Shown: positions 40,344-50,534 of the stretch, in pieces
How positions within the stretch are numbered: the stretch's first letter is position 1
Layout of the letters: the number at the start of each line of letters is the position of its first letter
DNA from: an uncultured Spirochaetota bacterium
GTDB taxonomy: Bacteria; Spirochaetota; Spirochaetia; SZUA-6; Fen-1364
Assembly: GCA_963734545.1 (NCBI GenBank)
Contig: CAVTHO010000006.1
Coordinates: forward strand, 416,001 to 480,000
Length of the DNA stretch: 64,000 bases
Direction of reading: 5' to 3'
Position numbers and translations under genes: made by a program
Notes under the pieces: generated by a model
Seen by the model: the letters and a program-made list of their open reading frames with translations, nothing else
Told to the model about the DNA's origin: nothing
Database searches by the model: none

Positions 40344-41329
40344 GTCTGCATCCGCAGAAGCCGCCGCGGTGCGCGCTCCGCGGCCGCGTCCAGCAGCGCG
40401 TCGCCGCGCTGGCCGAGGAAGACGTCCATTCCCGCGGGGGATGCCCCCTGATACACCGCCTCCATCGACTCCAGAAAGCTTTCATGTCCGCGCCAGAATG
40501 GAAAGCTTCCCAGCCGGGCGAGCAGGGGAGAGGCGGAAGGCGCTTCATCGGTGCGGGAAAATGCGAACTCTTCGTTCGTGCCCCAGAAAATGTCGGGGTG
40601 GGCGGGGAGCGGGGCGGGTGCGTCGGCGGACGGAGCCGTCGACACGGCCCCGGGTGACCCTGCAGCGGGCCCGCCGGCATCCGCCGTCCCGGCACCAGGT
40701 GTCACGCGCGTTCTTCGTCGGCGGGGGCCTCCCGCACCGGCGGACTTCCCCAGCGCCTCCAGGAGCTCCTCCCGCCCCATGCCCCGCAGACGGAAGAGGA
40801 GGAAAGGGTCCCGGTCGAACTCCTCCCCCAGGAGGTAGTACACCGCCGCGATGTGCTTGCAGGGGTTGGACCAGTCCGGGCAGGTGCAATGCGTTTCCAG
40901 CTCCTTCAGGCTGGCGGGAAAAAGGGAGAGCTTCACGCTGTCGAACGCTCTCTCGATATCCCGGGGCATCTCTCCGTTGAGGAGCCGGGCGGTGAACCCC
41001 GCCTCGGAAGCCATGGCGGCGACGGCTCTCTTCCACGCCGCGGCGGGGATCCGCTTCACGCCGAGACTCACCTTGTACGGATGCGAGCGGGATCCCTGCA
41101 CGAGGGCGGCGGCCTTCCCCTTCTGAATATCAATGGAGATCACCTGGCCGCGCCGCGCGTAGTGCTTCCCCCGGGAGAGCCGGGATTCCCGGTCGAAGCT
41201 TTCGAGGACGTCGACCCATCTTCTGGCCCACCAGCTCTTGGCAAAGCTTCCCACCTTGGACTGTGCCTTGATTCCTCCCCTGACCCTGCGCGGGCTCTCC
41301 GCCTCGTACCAGTAGCCGCGGTACTTCAT
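40334..41329 (-). CDS. SWIM zinc-finger protein (YwqB-like)
   Basis: RLSRGKHYARRG, CTCPDWSNPCKH, FDRDPFLLF. Confidence 0.9.
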   Translation of the reverse strand: MKYRGYWYEAESPRRVRGGIKAQSKVGSFAKSWWARRWVDVLESFDRESRLSRGKHYARRGQVISIDIQKGKAAALVQGSRSHPYKVSLGVKRIPAAAWKRAVAAMASEAGFTARLLNGEMPRDIERAFDSVKLSLFPASLKELETHCTCPDWSNPCKHIAAVYYLLGEEFDRDPFLLFRLRGMGREELLEALGKSAGAGGPRRRRTRVTPGAGTADAGGPAAGSPGAVSTAPSADAPAPLPAHPDIFWGTNEEFAFSRTDEAPSASPLLARLGSFPFWRGHESFLESMEAVYQGASPAGMDVFLGQRGDALLDAAAERAPRRLLRMQTQR

Positions 41330-41330
41330 C

Positions 41331-44300
41331 TCATCCCCCCTGCACTTCGGCCCGGAGCCGGAAAATACCGCGGATCTCGGCGTTGGAGAGCTCCGTCAGC
41401 CACTTCTCCCCGGCGCCGATCACCGAACCCGCCACTTCCTTCTTACGCTCGATCAGCTCATCGATGTGCTCCTCGATGGTGCCGGAGCAGATGAATGCGT
41501 GCACCTCGACGTTCTTCGTCTGGCCGATGCGATACACGCGGTCGGTGGCCTGGCTCTCCACGGCGGGGTTCCACCAGCGGTCGAAATGGAAGACATGATT
41601 GGCGCGGGTCAGATTCAGGCCCGTGCCCCCCGCCTTGAGAGAAAGGATGAAGAAGTGCGGCGCCTTCTCGTCGGTCTGGAAGCGTTCGACCATGCCGTCC
41701 CGCCGGGTCCGCGGCACCCCGCCGTGGAGGAATGGCACCTCTTCCCCGAAGGTCTCCTCGAGGTGGGTCCGCAGGATCTCACCCATCTCCGCGTACTGGC
41801 TGAAGATGAGCGCCCGCTCGTCGCCCTCCATCACCTCCTCCAGCATCTCCGTCAGTCGCTGCAGCTTGCCGGAACGGCCGGCGATCGGGGAGTTGTCCTT
41901 GAGGAAATGGGCGGGATGATTGAGGACCTGCTTCAGCTTGGTGAGGGTGGACAGGATCACCGCCTTGCGCGCGATCTTCTCGGCATCCTTCAAGGCATTT
42001 TCCGCCTCGTCCACCACGGCCTTGTAGAGAGTGGCCTGTTCCCGGGTGATCGTGCACCAGACCTTCATTTCCAGTTTTTCCGGCAGATCGGAGATGACCG
42101 TCGGGTCCGTCTTCACGCGGCGCAGAATGAACGGCCCCGTGAGCCGCTTCAGCGTGGCCGCGGCTTCCTGGTCCCTGCTGGCCTGGATGGGGATGAAGAA
42201 CCGGCGCTTGAACTCCGCCGGCGTTCCCAGGAGGCCGGGATTCAGGAACTCCATGATCGACCACAGGTCCCCCACGTGATTTTCCACGGGCGTGCCGGTG
42301 AGGACCATGCGATTGCCCGCCGAGAGGGAGCGCACTGCCCGCGCCTGCCGTGTCTCGGGATTCTTGATGTTCTGAGCCTCGTCGAGGATCACCCCCGCCC
42401 ACTGAATCCCGGCGAGGTGCTCCCGGTCCCTGTGCACCAGGCTGTAGGTGGAAACGACGAGGGCCTGGCGCGCCGCTTCCTCCCGGAGGGACTCGCCTTT
42501 CTTCCTGTCGACGCCATGATGCACGATCACCGGCAGAGCGGGAGTGAATCGCGCCGCTTCCTTCTTCCAGTTTGCCACAACCGAGGTCGGGCACACGAGG
42601 AGGAAGGGGCTCTTCTCCCCCCGCTCGCGCCGGGCCTGGATGAATGCGAGCGCCTGCACGGTCTTTCCCAGGCCCATGTCATCCGCGAGACAGGCGCCCA
42701 GGCCCCAGTCTCCGAGGAAAGAGAGCCACGAGTATCCCCTGGACTGGTACGGACGGAGGGTTCCCTGGAACCCGGCCGGCGCGGGAAGCTCCTCGAATTG
42801 TCGGTCTCCCCGCAGGCGTTCCAGCAGCCCGCCGATCCACCCGGTTGCCTGAACGCCCCTGAACTCCATGCCCGCCACAGCGGCCGACGTGCCCAGGGAG
42901 AGCGAGAGAAGATCGCGCGCCTTCATGCGGCCGCCGGCTTTTCCTTTCCAGAATGCGAGCGCTGTCGTGATCTCCTCCGCGTTCATTGCCACCCACTGCC
43001 CGCGCACCTTCACCAGGGGCGCCTTCAGCGCGGCAAAGGTCTCCAGCTCCTTGCGGGTGAGCAGCTGGTCCCCGAGGGCAACCTCCCAGCGCACGTCGAG
43101 CATTTTTTCCAGCGTCATGCCTGCCGTTCCGTGCAGTGCCTCCGGGCTGTCCACCCGCGCGCGGACGCTGAGCCGGGCCCGTCCTCCCTTGCGCGTCCAC
43201 CAGGAAGGAAGCAGGACCCCGAAGCCTGCCCGGTCCAGCAGGGCCGATTCCGAGGAGAGGAAGTCATAGGCGCCCCGCTCATCGAGTGAATAGCCGCCGG
43301 GCAGTGTCCTGCTGAGACTGCGCTCGACACCGGCGCTCAGCACGGACGCGCGGCCCAGGGCGGACAGCACCGCCTCCCGCAGACGGGCGGATCCTGCCGC
43401 GCCCCCCGCCTCGATTCCGCGCAAAAAGGCGCGCTTCCCTCCGGCGCCGAAGGCCTCGGGAAGGGTCATGAGGAGGCTCATGTCGTCCACCGGGTGCACG
43501 AGGTAGCGCACATACCAGGCCCCGTCGGGGTCCCCGTCCTGGTTTTCCGGCGGTTCTTCGAGACGGAAGCAGAGACGGTAGGGTGATCGAACAGTGTGGG
43601 AAAGGGGCTTTCGCCATTCGGCGATCTGGCCCTGCAGCTCCTGTATCTCCCCGGGAGATGCATCGAGCATCGCGCTCCGAGCGCTCAATACGTGCATCCA
43701 CTGGTCGTGCAGGCTGTCGTGGACCCGCAGGTCGGGTCCCTGCGCGAGGCCGGCGCGTGCCGCGTGGGCCGGGCGCCCCGCGGTCACGGCGCCCGGGGCC
43801 CGGGCCGTGCTCCGCACGATCGCGTCCACCGCGCCCGCGAGGAACCGGTCGAGAGCACGAGAAGGGGCTGTGGCGGGCGGCTCCCCCGGCCCGGTCGAAA
43901 GCGCACGGGCAGCAGGCGGCATCAAGGCGGCAAGGCGCGCCATGGTCTGTCGGTCCTCTCCATCGATGACCGGCTCCCACACTGCGGCGAATGAGCCCGC
44001 GGCCCTTCCGGAGGCTTGCTCACCCTCTCTCTCCTCGATGCCGGGGAGGTACGCTTTCTTGTGGACGAGAAGCCCGGCGAACCTCAGCGCATTCGTCCAG
44101 AACCGAAGATCATTGCCGATGAGCATGCCGGGCGCGAGCATCTTTTTTCCCATGCATGAGCACAGCAGGTCCACCGCGGCGTTCCAGGAAAGGCGGAGGC
44201 AATCGATGCGGTGTGGCTCGAGACGCGCCTTTGCGTGTGAGGGAGGCGTGCCCGGCGCGGCGTTGAGCATGGGACTCGATGCGACGGGCACTCCGCTGAG

Positions 44301-44447
44301 AGAAGGAATCCACGCGAACGCCGAAACCCGCGTGCTTTCCCTGCGCAGGGGAGCGAGAATGGAATCGGCATCCCTCACGGCATCCGCTGACGGCTCGGTC
44401 CAAAGGAGAAGAGAGCGGTCCAGGAGGCCGGCATGGAGAACGCGCAT
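41331..44447 (-). CDS. SNF2-family helicase (YwqA-like)
   Basis: LRPYQ, LADDMGLGKT, LDEAQNIKN, LTGTPVEN, SLKAGGTGLNL, DRWWNP, QATDRVYRIGQ. Confidence 0.93.
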   Translation of the reverse strand: MRVLHAGLLDRSLLLWTEPSADAVRDADSILAPLRRESTRVSAFAWIPSLSGVPVASSPMLNAAPGTPPSHAKARLEPHRIDCLRLSWNAAVDLLCSCMGKKMLAPGMLIGNDLRFWTNALRFAGLLVHKKAYLPGIEEREGEQASGRAAGSFAAVWEPVIDGEDRQTMARLAALMPPAARALSTGPGEPPATAPSRALDRFLAGAVDAIVRSTARAPGAVTAGRPAHAARAGLAQGPDLRVHDSLHDQWMHVLSARSAMLDASPGEIQELQGQIAEWRKPLSHTVRSPYRLCFRLEEPPENQDGDPDGAWYVRYLVHPVDDMSLLMTLPEAFGAGGKRAFLRGIEAGGAAGSARLREAVLSALGRASVLSAGVERSLSRTLPGGYSLDERGAYDFLSSESALLDRAGFGVLLPSWWTRKGGRARLSVRARVDSPEALHGTAGMTLEKMLDVRWEVALGDQLLTRKELETFAALKAPLVKVRGQWVAMNAEEITTALAFWKGKAGGRMKARDLLSLSLGTSAAVAGMEFRGVQATGWIGGLLERLRGDRQFEELPAPAGFQGTLRPYQSRGYSWLSFLGDWGLGACLADDMGLGKTVQALAFIQARRERGEKSPFLLVCPTSVVANWKKEAARFTPALPVIVHHGVDRKKGESLREEAARQALVVSTYSLVHRDREHLAGIQWAGVILDEAQNIKNPETRQARAVRSLSAGNRMVLTGTPVENHVGDLWSIMEFLNPGLLGTPAEFKRRFFIPIQASRDQEAAATLKRLTGPFILRRVKTDPTVISDLPEKLEMKVWCTITREQATLYKAVVDEAENALKDAEKIARKAVILSTLTKLKQVLNHPAHFLKDNSPIAGRSGKLQRLTEMLEEVMEGDERALIFSQYAEMGEILRTHLEETFGEEVPFLHGGVPRTRRDGMVERFQTDEKAPHFFILSLKAGGTGLNLTRANHVFHFDRWWNPAVESQATDRVYRIGQTKNVEVHAFICSGTIEEHIDELIERKKEVAGSVIGAGEKWLTELSNAEIRGIFRLRAEVQGG

Positions 44448-44475
44448 GATGCGATACTATCTCCGGATGACGGGA

Positions 44476-44514
44476 AAATGTCACGGCGTACCGCGGTCAC
44501 AAATGTCACGGCGT
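44476..44514. repeat. 14-bp direct repeat in the SNF2/PAS divergent intergenic region
   Basis: AAATGTCACGGCGT at 44476-44489 and 44501-44514. Confidence 0.8.
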
Positions 44515-44579
44515 GGCAACGAACGCCTTCCCATGATATAATAATCCATCCGAAGCAGAACGGCTCGCATGGGGGGGTG

Positions 44580-45533
44580 ATGGATTTCAAGTTGGACGCG
44601 GACGAGCTCCAGGAGGTGGTGGTCCTCTGCGACCAGGACGGGATTCTCCTCTGGTGGAACAGGGCGGGGGAGGAAATCACCGGTTTCTCGAGAGAAGACG
44701 TGATGGGGTACCACATCGACTCGATCGTCGCTCCCGGGTCGCGCGCGGAACTGAAGGATATTCTCGGCATACAGCGCACCGGCACCGTGCTCCCGGGCAT
44801 GCCGATGAAGCTGCAGACCAGCTACGGCATGGAAGTCCCCGTGGAGGTGACCTCGGTCCCGCAGCATGAAGGCGGCACGCTCACCGGCTGGCTCCTCATA
44901 TTCCGGGACACGACCCTCAAGGTCCAGCTCCAGGAGCAGCTCGACCGGATGGACGTCCTGTACCGAGGGCTCGTGGAGCATTCCTCTGAGATCATCTACG
45001 TTCTCGACGCCGCCGCCCGGGTGCTCTTCATCAACGATACGGTCGAAACTCTCCTCGGATATGCGAAGAAAGACCTGATCGGCAAGGACCTCATAGAAAT
45101 CGTGCACCCGGACGACCGGTCAATGGCCTACTGGCCGCTGCGGGAAAGACGGAAGGCGGCCCGGGCCACGAAAGACCTGCAAATCAGGCTCCTCACAAAG
45201 GTCGGCTCGCACCGCCGGTACGACCTGGAAATCGTCTACATCTCGCTGAACTCCGTCGGGCTGGGGGCCGAACGCCGGGAGCCCGGAATGCCGGTCGTCG
45301 AGGAGAGGCTCGGCACCCAGGGGGTCGCGCGCGACGTGACAGAGCTCGTGCTCCTGCAGGACTTCTCACGGCAGGTCGGGTTCATCCTTCCCATCTGCGC
45401 AGTGTGCGGCAAGATTCGAGTGACCACGGGCACGACGGAAGAGTGGCTGCCCCTGAGCAAATACGTCGAGAGGAAGACAGGCATGCGGTTTTCGCATACC
45501 TACTGCCCGGAGCACGTGCCGGATATCTCGTAG
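44580..45533 (+). CDS. Tandem PAS protein with C-terminal CxxC...HxxC module; no kinase/cyclase domain
   Basis: Two PAS domains (WNRAGEEITGFSREDV; INDTVETLLGY, VHPDD) and ILPICAVCGKIR...W...FSHTYCPEH. Confidence 0.8.
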   Translation: MDFKLDADELQEVVVLCDQDGILLWWNRAGEEITGFSREDVMGYHIDSIVAPGSRAELKDILGIQRTGTVLPGMPMKLQTSYGMEVPVEVTSVPQHEGGTLTGWLLIFRDTTLKVQLQEQLDRMDVLYRGLVEHSSEIIYVLDAAARVLFINDTVETLLGYAKKDLIGKDLIEIVHPDDRSMAYWPLRERRKAARATKDLQIRLLTKVGSHRRYDLEIVYISLNSVGLGAERREPGMPVVEERLGTQGVARDVTELVLLQDFSRQVGFILPICAVCGKIRVTTGTTEEWLPLSKYVERKTGMRFSHTYCPEHVPDIS

Positions 45534-45553
45534 CGCATGAACGGGGAGGGGCC

Positions 45554-46351
45554 ATGACCAGATCGCTTTCCCGCATGATCCTGTCCGTTGCCAACCTTCT
45601 CGGTTTCGTCGCCGTAATCGTCGTCAACGCCCTTGCAACGACCATACCGCTGGGCGGCAGGACAACCGGCGAGCTTTCGGACCAGTACCCGAATCTTTTC
45701 GTGCCTGCCGGGCTGACTTTTGCCATCTGGGGACTGATCTATATCCTGCTGGCGATATTTGTGGTTTATTGCTTCGTCTTTTCCGCGCGGAAGCCCGCGC
45801 AGGACGATTCCTTCATGGAGAATGTCGGCGTGCTCTTTTTCATCACGTGCCTGGCGAACCTGGGATGGATCCTTGCCTGGCACTACCAGGTCCTTCCGCT
45901 GTCGCTCGCCCTGATGATCGTGCTCCTCGGCGCGCTGATCATGATCTACGTGAGACTGAGCGTGGGCAATTCGCAGGCGTCTTCGTCGGAGAAGTACCTG
46001 GTTCACCTGCCCATGAGCGTTTACCTCGGCTGGATCAGCATCGCGACCATCGCAAACGTGACGGCGCTTCTGGTCGCCTGGAAGTGGACGCGCTTCGGCA
46101 TGAGCGAGCAATTCTGGGCCGTGGTCATGATCGCGGCGGGAATTGTCCTGGCCGGCCTCATGCTCTTCCGTCGGAACGATATCTTCTACGCCCTTGTGAC
46201 AGGCTGGGCGCTTGCAGGGATTCTCCTGAAGAGAATCGCAGACGTCGGAACGCCCGCCGGCGCGGTCGTGCTGACAACGATTGTCGGCATCAGCCTCATC
46301 ATCCTGGGCGTTCTCGTCCAGATCGCACGCAGGCGTGTCTACAAGGGCTGA
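45554..46351 (+). CDS. TspO/MBR-related tryptophan-rich membrane protein
   Basis: TTGELSDQYPNLFVPAGLTFAIWGLIY, SVYLGWISIATIAN. Confidence 0.75.
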   Translation: MTRSLSRMILSVANLLGFVAVIVVNALATTIPLGGRTTGELSDQYPNLFVPAGLTFAIWGLIYILLAIFVVYCFVFSARKPAQDDSFMENVGVLFFITCLANLGWILAWHYQVLPLSLALMIVLLGALIMIYVRLSVGNSQASSSEKYLVHLPMSVYLGWISIATIANVTALLVAWKWTRFGMSEQFWAVVMIAAGIVLAGLMLFRRNDIFYALVTGWALAGILLKRIADVGTPAGAVVLTTIVGISLIILGVLVQIARRRVYKG

Positions 46352-46389
46352 CGTTTCCCTCCGCGTGAGTTTTTTACTACACTCTATTC

Positions 46390-47049
46390 ATGGCTGCACC
46401 GGGATCCGCCGCGGATCTTGATTTCATACATCGCTTCATTCCGGCCACTGCAGGGGGATTGCCCACCCTGCTCCTGCTTCACGGGACCGGGGGCAACGAG
46501 GAAGATCTCCTGGACCTGGGGTCGCGTCTCATGCCCGGGGCGGCGCTGGTGAGCCCGCGCGGCAAGGTCCTGGAAAACGGAATGGCACGTTTTTTCCGCA
46601 GGCTCGCCGAAGGGGTGTTCGACCTCGATGACCTGCGCCGTCGAACGGAGGAGCTGGCCGCATTTGTCGACGCGGCCGCTGCAGCGTACGGTCTGGACCG
46701 GTCCCGTCTGGTATCAGTGGGATACTCGAATGGCGCGAACATCGCAGCGAGCATCCTTCTTCTGAAGCCATCGGTCCTGTCAGCGGCCGTCCTGCTGCAC
46801 GCCATGGTCCCCCTGGTGCCGGATCCGCTGCCCGATCTGCAGGGCAGACCCGTGTTTCTCAGCGCGGGAAGACAGGACACCATGATTCCCCCGCCTGAGA
46901 CCGAGCGCCTGGCGAAGCTCCTGGAATCCGCGGGCGCGCGCGTGACACTCGCCTGGCAGCCTGGCGGGCACGGGCTGACTGCGGGCGAACTGGAGTCGGC
47001 GCGCGCGTGGATTCAGGAAGTAGAAGCCAATCGAGCCGGAAAAGCCTGA
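46390..47049 (+). CDS. Alpha/beta hydrolase (MhqD-like carboxylesterase)
   Basis: LLHGTGGNE, RFFRR, GYSNGAN, GH. Confidence 0.88.
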   Translation: MAAPGSAADLDFIHRFIPATAGGLPTLLLLHGTGGNEEDLLDLGSRLMPGAALVSPRGKVLENGMARFFRRLAEGVFDLDDLRRRTEELAAFVDAAAAAYGLDRSRLVSVGYSNGANIAASILLLKPSVLSAAVLLHAMVPLVPDPLPDLQGRPVFLSAGRQDTMIPPPETERLAKLLESAGARVTLAWQPGGHGLTAGELESARAWIQEVEANRAGKA

Positions 47050-47064
47050 TCAAGGAGGTCGTGC

Positions 47065-48039
47065 GTGCAGCTCGAAGGATTGCATCACCTGACGGCGGTG
47101 ACGGGTAATCCGTCCCTCAACGTCGGTTTCTATACAGAGGTCCTGGGCATGCGTCTCGTGAAAAAGACGGTGAACCAGGACGATGTCGGCGCCTATCATT
47201 TGTTCTACGCCGATGAGGCCGGCCACCCCGGCACGGACGTGACGTTTTTCGACTGGCCCCATGCCGGAAAGACGTCGAGGGGTATCGGCACCATCACGCT
47301 GACCTCTCTGAGGGTCTCCGGCCGTGCCGCTCTCGAGGCCTGGGCGCGCCGGCTGACCGATTTCGGCATACAACACGAAGGGATTCTCACGCACAGCGGC
47401 AGGGGTGCGATTGCGTTTGCCGATCCCGAAGGACAACGCCTGGAGCTCGTCGACGACGGAGGCGCGGGCGGCGGCACGCCGTGGGCCAGGAGCCCCGTTC
47501 CCGTCGAAATGGGAATCCGGGGGCTCCATGCCGTGCATATCCCGGTCCGGAAGCCCGACGCGACAGCCTGGATACTGAGCGAGGTCCTGGGCTTCCGCCA
47601 GGAGAGGGAATACCGGCTGCCCGACGACACGAGGGTCCTCGTGTACGAGGTCGGATCGGGCGGTCCAGGGACCGAGGTGCACCTCGAAGAGCGTCCCCTC
47701 GCGGCTCCCGGACGCGTCGGCATCGGCGGCGTGCACCATGTCGCCTTCCGCACTCCGGACGGTGACGAGCAGGTCGAGTGGCAGGCAAAGCTGCGGGACG
47801 CGGGCGTGGGAGTCACGCCGGTCGTCGACCGCTTCTACTTCAAGTCGATCTACTTTCGGGAGCCCGGCGGCGTCCTGTTCGAGATTGCCACCGACGGGCC
47901 GGGATTCGCGGCGGATGAGCCTGCCGACCGTCTGGGCGAGAACCTGGCGCTGCCGCCCTTCCTGGAGCCTCAGCGCGCCAGGATCGAGGCGGGCCTGCGG
48001 CCCATCAATCCGGTGCGGATGACTGCGGTGAGCGGCTGA
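47065..48039 (+). CDS. Ring-cleaving dioxygenase/glyoxalase (MhqO/MhqA-like)
   Basis: GLHHLTA, LVKKTVNQDD, VHHVAFR, DRFYFKSIYFREPGG, FEIATDGPGF. Confidence 0.9.
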   Translation: MQLEGLHHLTAVTGNPSLNVGFYTEVLGMRLVKKTVNQDDVGAYHLFYADEAGHPGTDVTFFDWPHAGKTSRGIGTITLTSLRVSGRAALEAWARRLTDFGIQHEGILTHSGRGAIAFADPEGQRLELVDDGGAGGGTPWARSPVPVEMGIRGLHAVHIPVRKPDATAWILSEVLGFRQEREYRLPDDTRVLVYEVGSGGPGTEVHLEERPLAAPGRVGIGGVHHVAFRTPDGDEQVEWQAKLRDAGVGVTPVVDRFYFKSIYFREPGGVLFEIATDGPGFAADEPADRLGENLALPPFLEPQRARIEAGLRPINPVRMTAVSG

Positions 48040-48760
48040 CTATCCCCGGGGCAGGCTCGCAACGGACGTGCACGGAGCTGTCCAGCGGGAAAGCGACTTT
48101 GATCGGCGCGGGAGATGACGCGGGCTTGCCCTGCCGGACAAGGTGCACGAAATCGAGGTCCTTGCCCGCCACCCGGAAAACCGCGCCCGGCTGGATGCCC
48201 TGCCCGTGGCAAAGCGCCAGCATGCCGGGCACCTGCTCCCCTTCCTCGGTCACCCTGACTATCTGAACCACTTCACCCACGCCCGCCTCGGTGAGCCGCG
48301 GGGCGGCGAGCAGCCTGGCCTCGATGGGAGAACCGGGCAGCGGGTTCCCGTGGGGGCAGGTCTGCGGGGAGCCGAGTCTTTGAAAGAGGTGCTCGGTCAG
48401 GTCGTCCGAGATCTGGCTCTGCAGCCTCTTGGCTTCGTCGTCCGCTTTCTCCCAGGGATAGTCCAGGATCCGGACCATCAGGTGCTCCAGGAGGTAATGA
48501 CGGCGAAGGACCTTTATTGCGAGGGCGTGCCCCTCCTCCGTCAGCTCGATGCTCTCGTAGCGGACCTGGCGTGCCAGCCCCAGCCGTTTCAGGCGCCCGA
48601 GGGCCTGGGTGACGGCGGAGCCGCTGACCCCGGTCCATGCTGCCAGGCGCGTGTTGCTCACTTTGCGGTAGTCCCTCTGGATGAGGTAGATCCCGCTCAG
48701 GTACTCGGCGGCAGCGGGAAACCGCTCGCTGAGACGCGCCGCATCAAGTTTCATGCGCAT
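48005..48760 (-). CDS. DtxR/MntR family metal-dependent repressor with FeoA-like domain; true stop possibly 48040
   Basis: EYLSGIY, LRRHYLLE, PQTCPHGNPLP. Removing one base from the C4 run at 48044-48047 gives a stop at 48040 that abuts the convergent gene. Confidence 0.88.
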   Translation of the reverse strand: MRMKLDAARLSERFPAAAEYLSGIYLIQRDYRKVSNTRLAAWTGVSGSAVTQALGRLKRLGLARQVRYESIELTEEGHALAIKVLRRHYLLEHLMVRILDYPWEKADDEAKRLQSQISDDLTEHLFQRLGSPQTCPHGNPLPGSPIEARLLAAPRLTEAGVGEVVQIVRVTEEGEQVPGMLALCHGQGIQPGAVFRVAGKDLDFVHLVRQGKPASSPAPIKVAFPLDSSVHVRCEPAPGIVSRSPQSSAPD

Positions 48761-48767
48761 CGCGGCA

Positions 48768-49544
48768 CTATAGCACGCCGTCCCAGGTGCAGGAGAAGAT
48801 GCCCCGATTCCAGCCGACCTTGAACGGGACGCCGTACACTGCCCGCAGATTCTTCTCCGTGAGGGCCTTCCTCGGGCTGCCCGAGAAACGGAACCGACCT
48901 GCTTTGAGCAGGTGAACGGTGTCCGCGACAAATGCCGCCGTGTGCGGGCTGTGGCTGGTGAACAGGACCGTGATGCCCTGCCGGGAGAGCTTTTTCAGGA
49001 GGCGCATGACGCGCAGCTGGTGGCCGGGGTCGAGCTGGCTGGCGGGCTCGTCCAGCAGAAGGAGTGAGGGCTGCTGGGCGAGGCTTCGCGCGATGAGCAT
49101 GAGCTGATACTCTCCCCCGCTCAACGTGGTCACCGATCGGTCCGCCAGCCCGGCGACCCCCGCCGCGATCAGCGCCTCCCGCGCGATGGCGCGGTCCCGC
49201 GCACCGGGCGCTTCCAGGGGACGCAGATGGGGCGCCCTGCCCAGGAGCACGTATTCAGTCACCGTGAAATCGAACCGCACGTTCTCCCGCTGCGGCACGA
49301 GGCTCACCATCCTGCCCCGCTCTCCGCGGCTCCAGTCGCCGAGGGGTTTTCCTGCCATGAAGACGTCTCCCCGGTCAGGCTGTTTCCAGCCGAGGCAGAT
49401 ATCCAGCAGCGTGGATTTTCCCGCTCCATTTGGACCGAGGATGGCCGCGATCGTGCCTTCCTCCATCGAGAACGTCAGGTCGTTGAGAACAGGCCGCGCA
49501 CCGGGATAGGCAAAAACTGCCTGCCGCACCTCGAGAATGCTCAT
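48768..49544 (-). CDS. FecE/BtuD-type ABC ATPase
   Basis: GPNGAGKST, LSGGEYQ, LLDEP, SH. Confidence 0.9.
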   Translation of the reverse strand: MSILEVRQAVFAYPGARPVLNDLTFSMEEGTIAAILGPNGAGKSTLLDICLGWKQPDRGDVFMAGKPLGDWSRGERGRMVSLVPQRENVRFDFTVTEYVLLGRAPHLRPLEAPGARDRAIAREALIAAGVAGLADRSVTTLSGGEYQLMLIARSLAQQPSLLLLDEPASQLDPGHQLRVMRLLKKLSRQGITVLFTSHSPHTAAFVADTVHLLKAGRFRFSGSPRKALTEKNLRAVYGVPFKVGWNRGIFSCTWDGVL

Positions 49545-50534
49545 CCGCCGCGCTCCGTCCTTCGCGCGATCATGAGCGCAACGAAAGCGCCCGCGCCGAT
49601 CACCGCGGTGAGGATCCCGAGCGGAATCTCGGCGGGGAGGACCGTACGCGCAAAATCGTCGCAGAGCAGGATGTAGATTGCCCCCATGAGCAGGGAAGCA
49701 GGCAGGGATCTCGAGGCGTCGGTCCCGAACACCCTGCGGGCAGCATGGGGGATCATGAGACCGGCCCAGCCGATCAGACCGCTCACGGAAATCGCCGCCG
49801 CAGTGGCCATCGTGGCGGCAAAGAGAAGAAGCGCGCGCTCCCGGCCCGGCGCGCTCCCCAGCGAATGCGCCACCCGATCGTCGAGGGAAAGCACGTTGAG
49901 CCTCCAGCGCAGGAGCAGCACAAGGGCAAGACCGACGATCACCGGCGGGGCAACGAACAGCGCGTCACGCCAGGTCACTCCCCAAAGCCCTCCAAGAAGC
50001 CAGAAGGTGATTTCGGGAAGCTGATTCCTCGGATCGGCGGCGAGCTTGACCAGGCCGATGCCCGCGGAGAAAAGCGCCGAGACTGCAATACCGGCCAGGA
50101 CGAGACGCAGGATCCATCCGCCGTATCGGATCAGCCTTGCGAGGAGCCACGAGAGGGCGAGCCCGGCCAGCGCAAAGGCGAGCGCCCCGGCCTCCACGAC
50201 CGCCGGGACTGGGGGCGAGGGCAACGATGGTCAGCGCGGCGCCGAACGCCGCGCCCTGCGAAACCCCGAGAAAACCGGGTTCGACGAGCGGGTTGGCGAA
50301 AATCATCTGGAAGACGGTGCCCGCGGCGGCCAGGGAGAATCCAAGGAGGATTCCCATGACGATCCGAGGGAGCCGGATGCTCAGCACGAGGCGCTGCGCG
50401 ACCTGGTCGTGGGCCAGGGTCCCTGCCGACACGAATCCCGGAGCCGGATACCTGCCGAGAAACACCGATCCCGCGGCCACCAGCACGAGGAGGAGGAGCA
50501 GCAGAAGCAGCGCCGAGGCGCTAGCGCCGCGCAA
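49541..50534 (-). CDS. FecCD/BtuC-type ABC permease; +1 frameshift near 50206
   Basis: IRLPR, QMIFANPLVEP, FWLLGG, GLIGWAGLMIPH, EIPLGIL. Confidence 0.88.

Noticed and set aside
40334-44447. SNF2 + SWIM as a novel anti-phage system
   Set aside because: It matches the widespread YwqA/YwqB-type pair; no nuclease, methylase or defence-island context.
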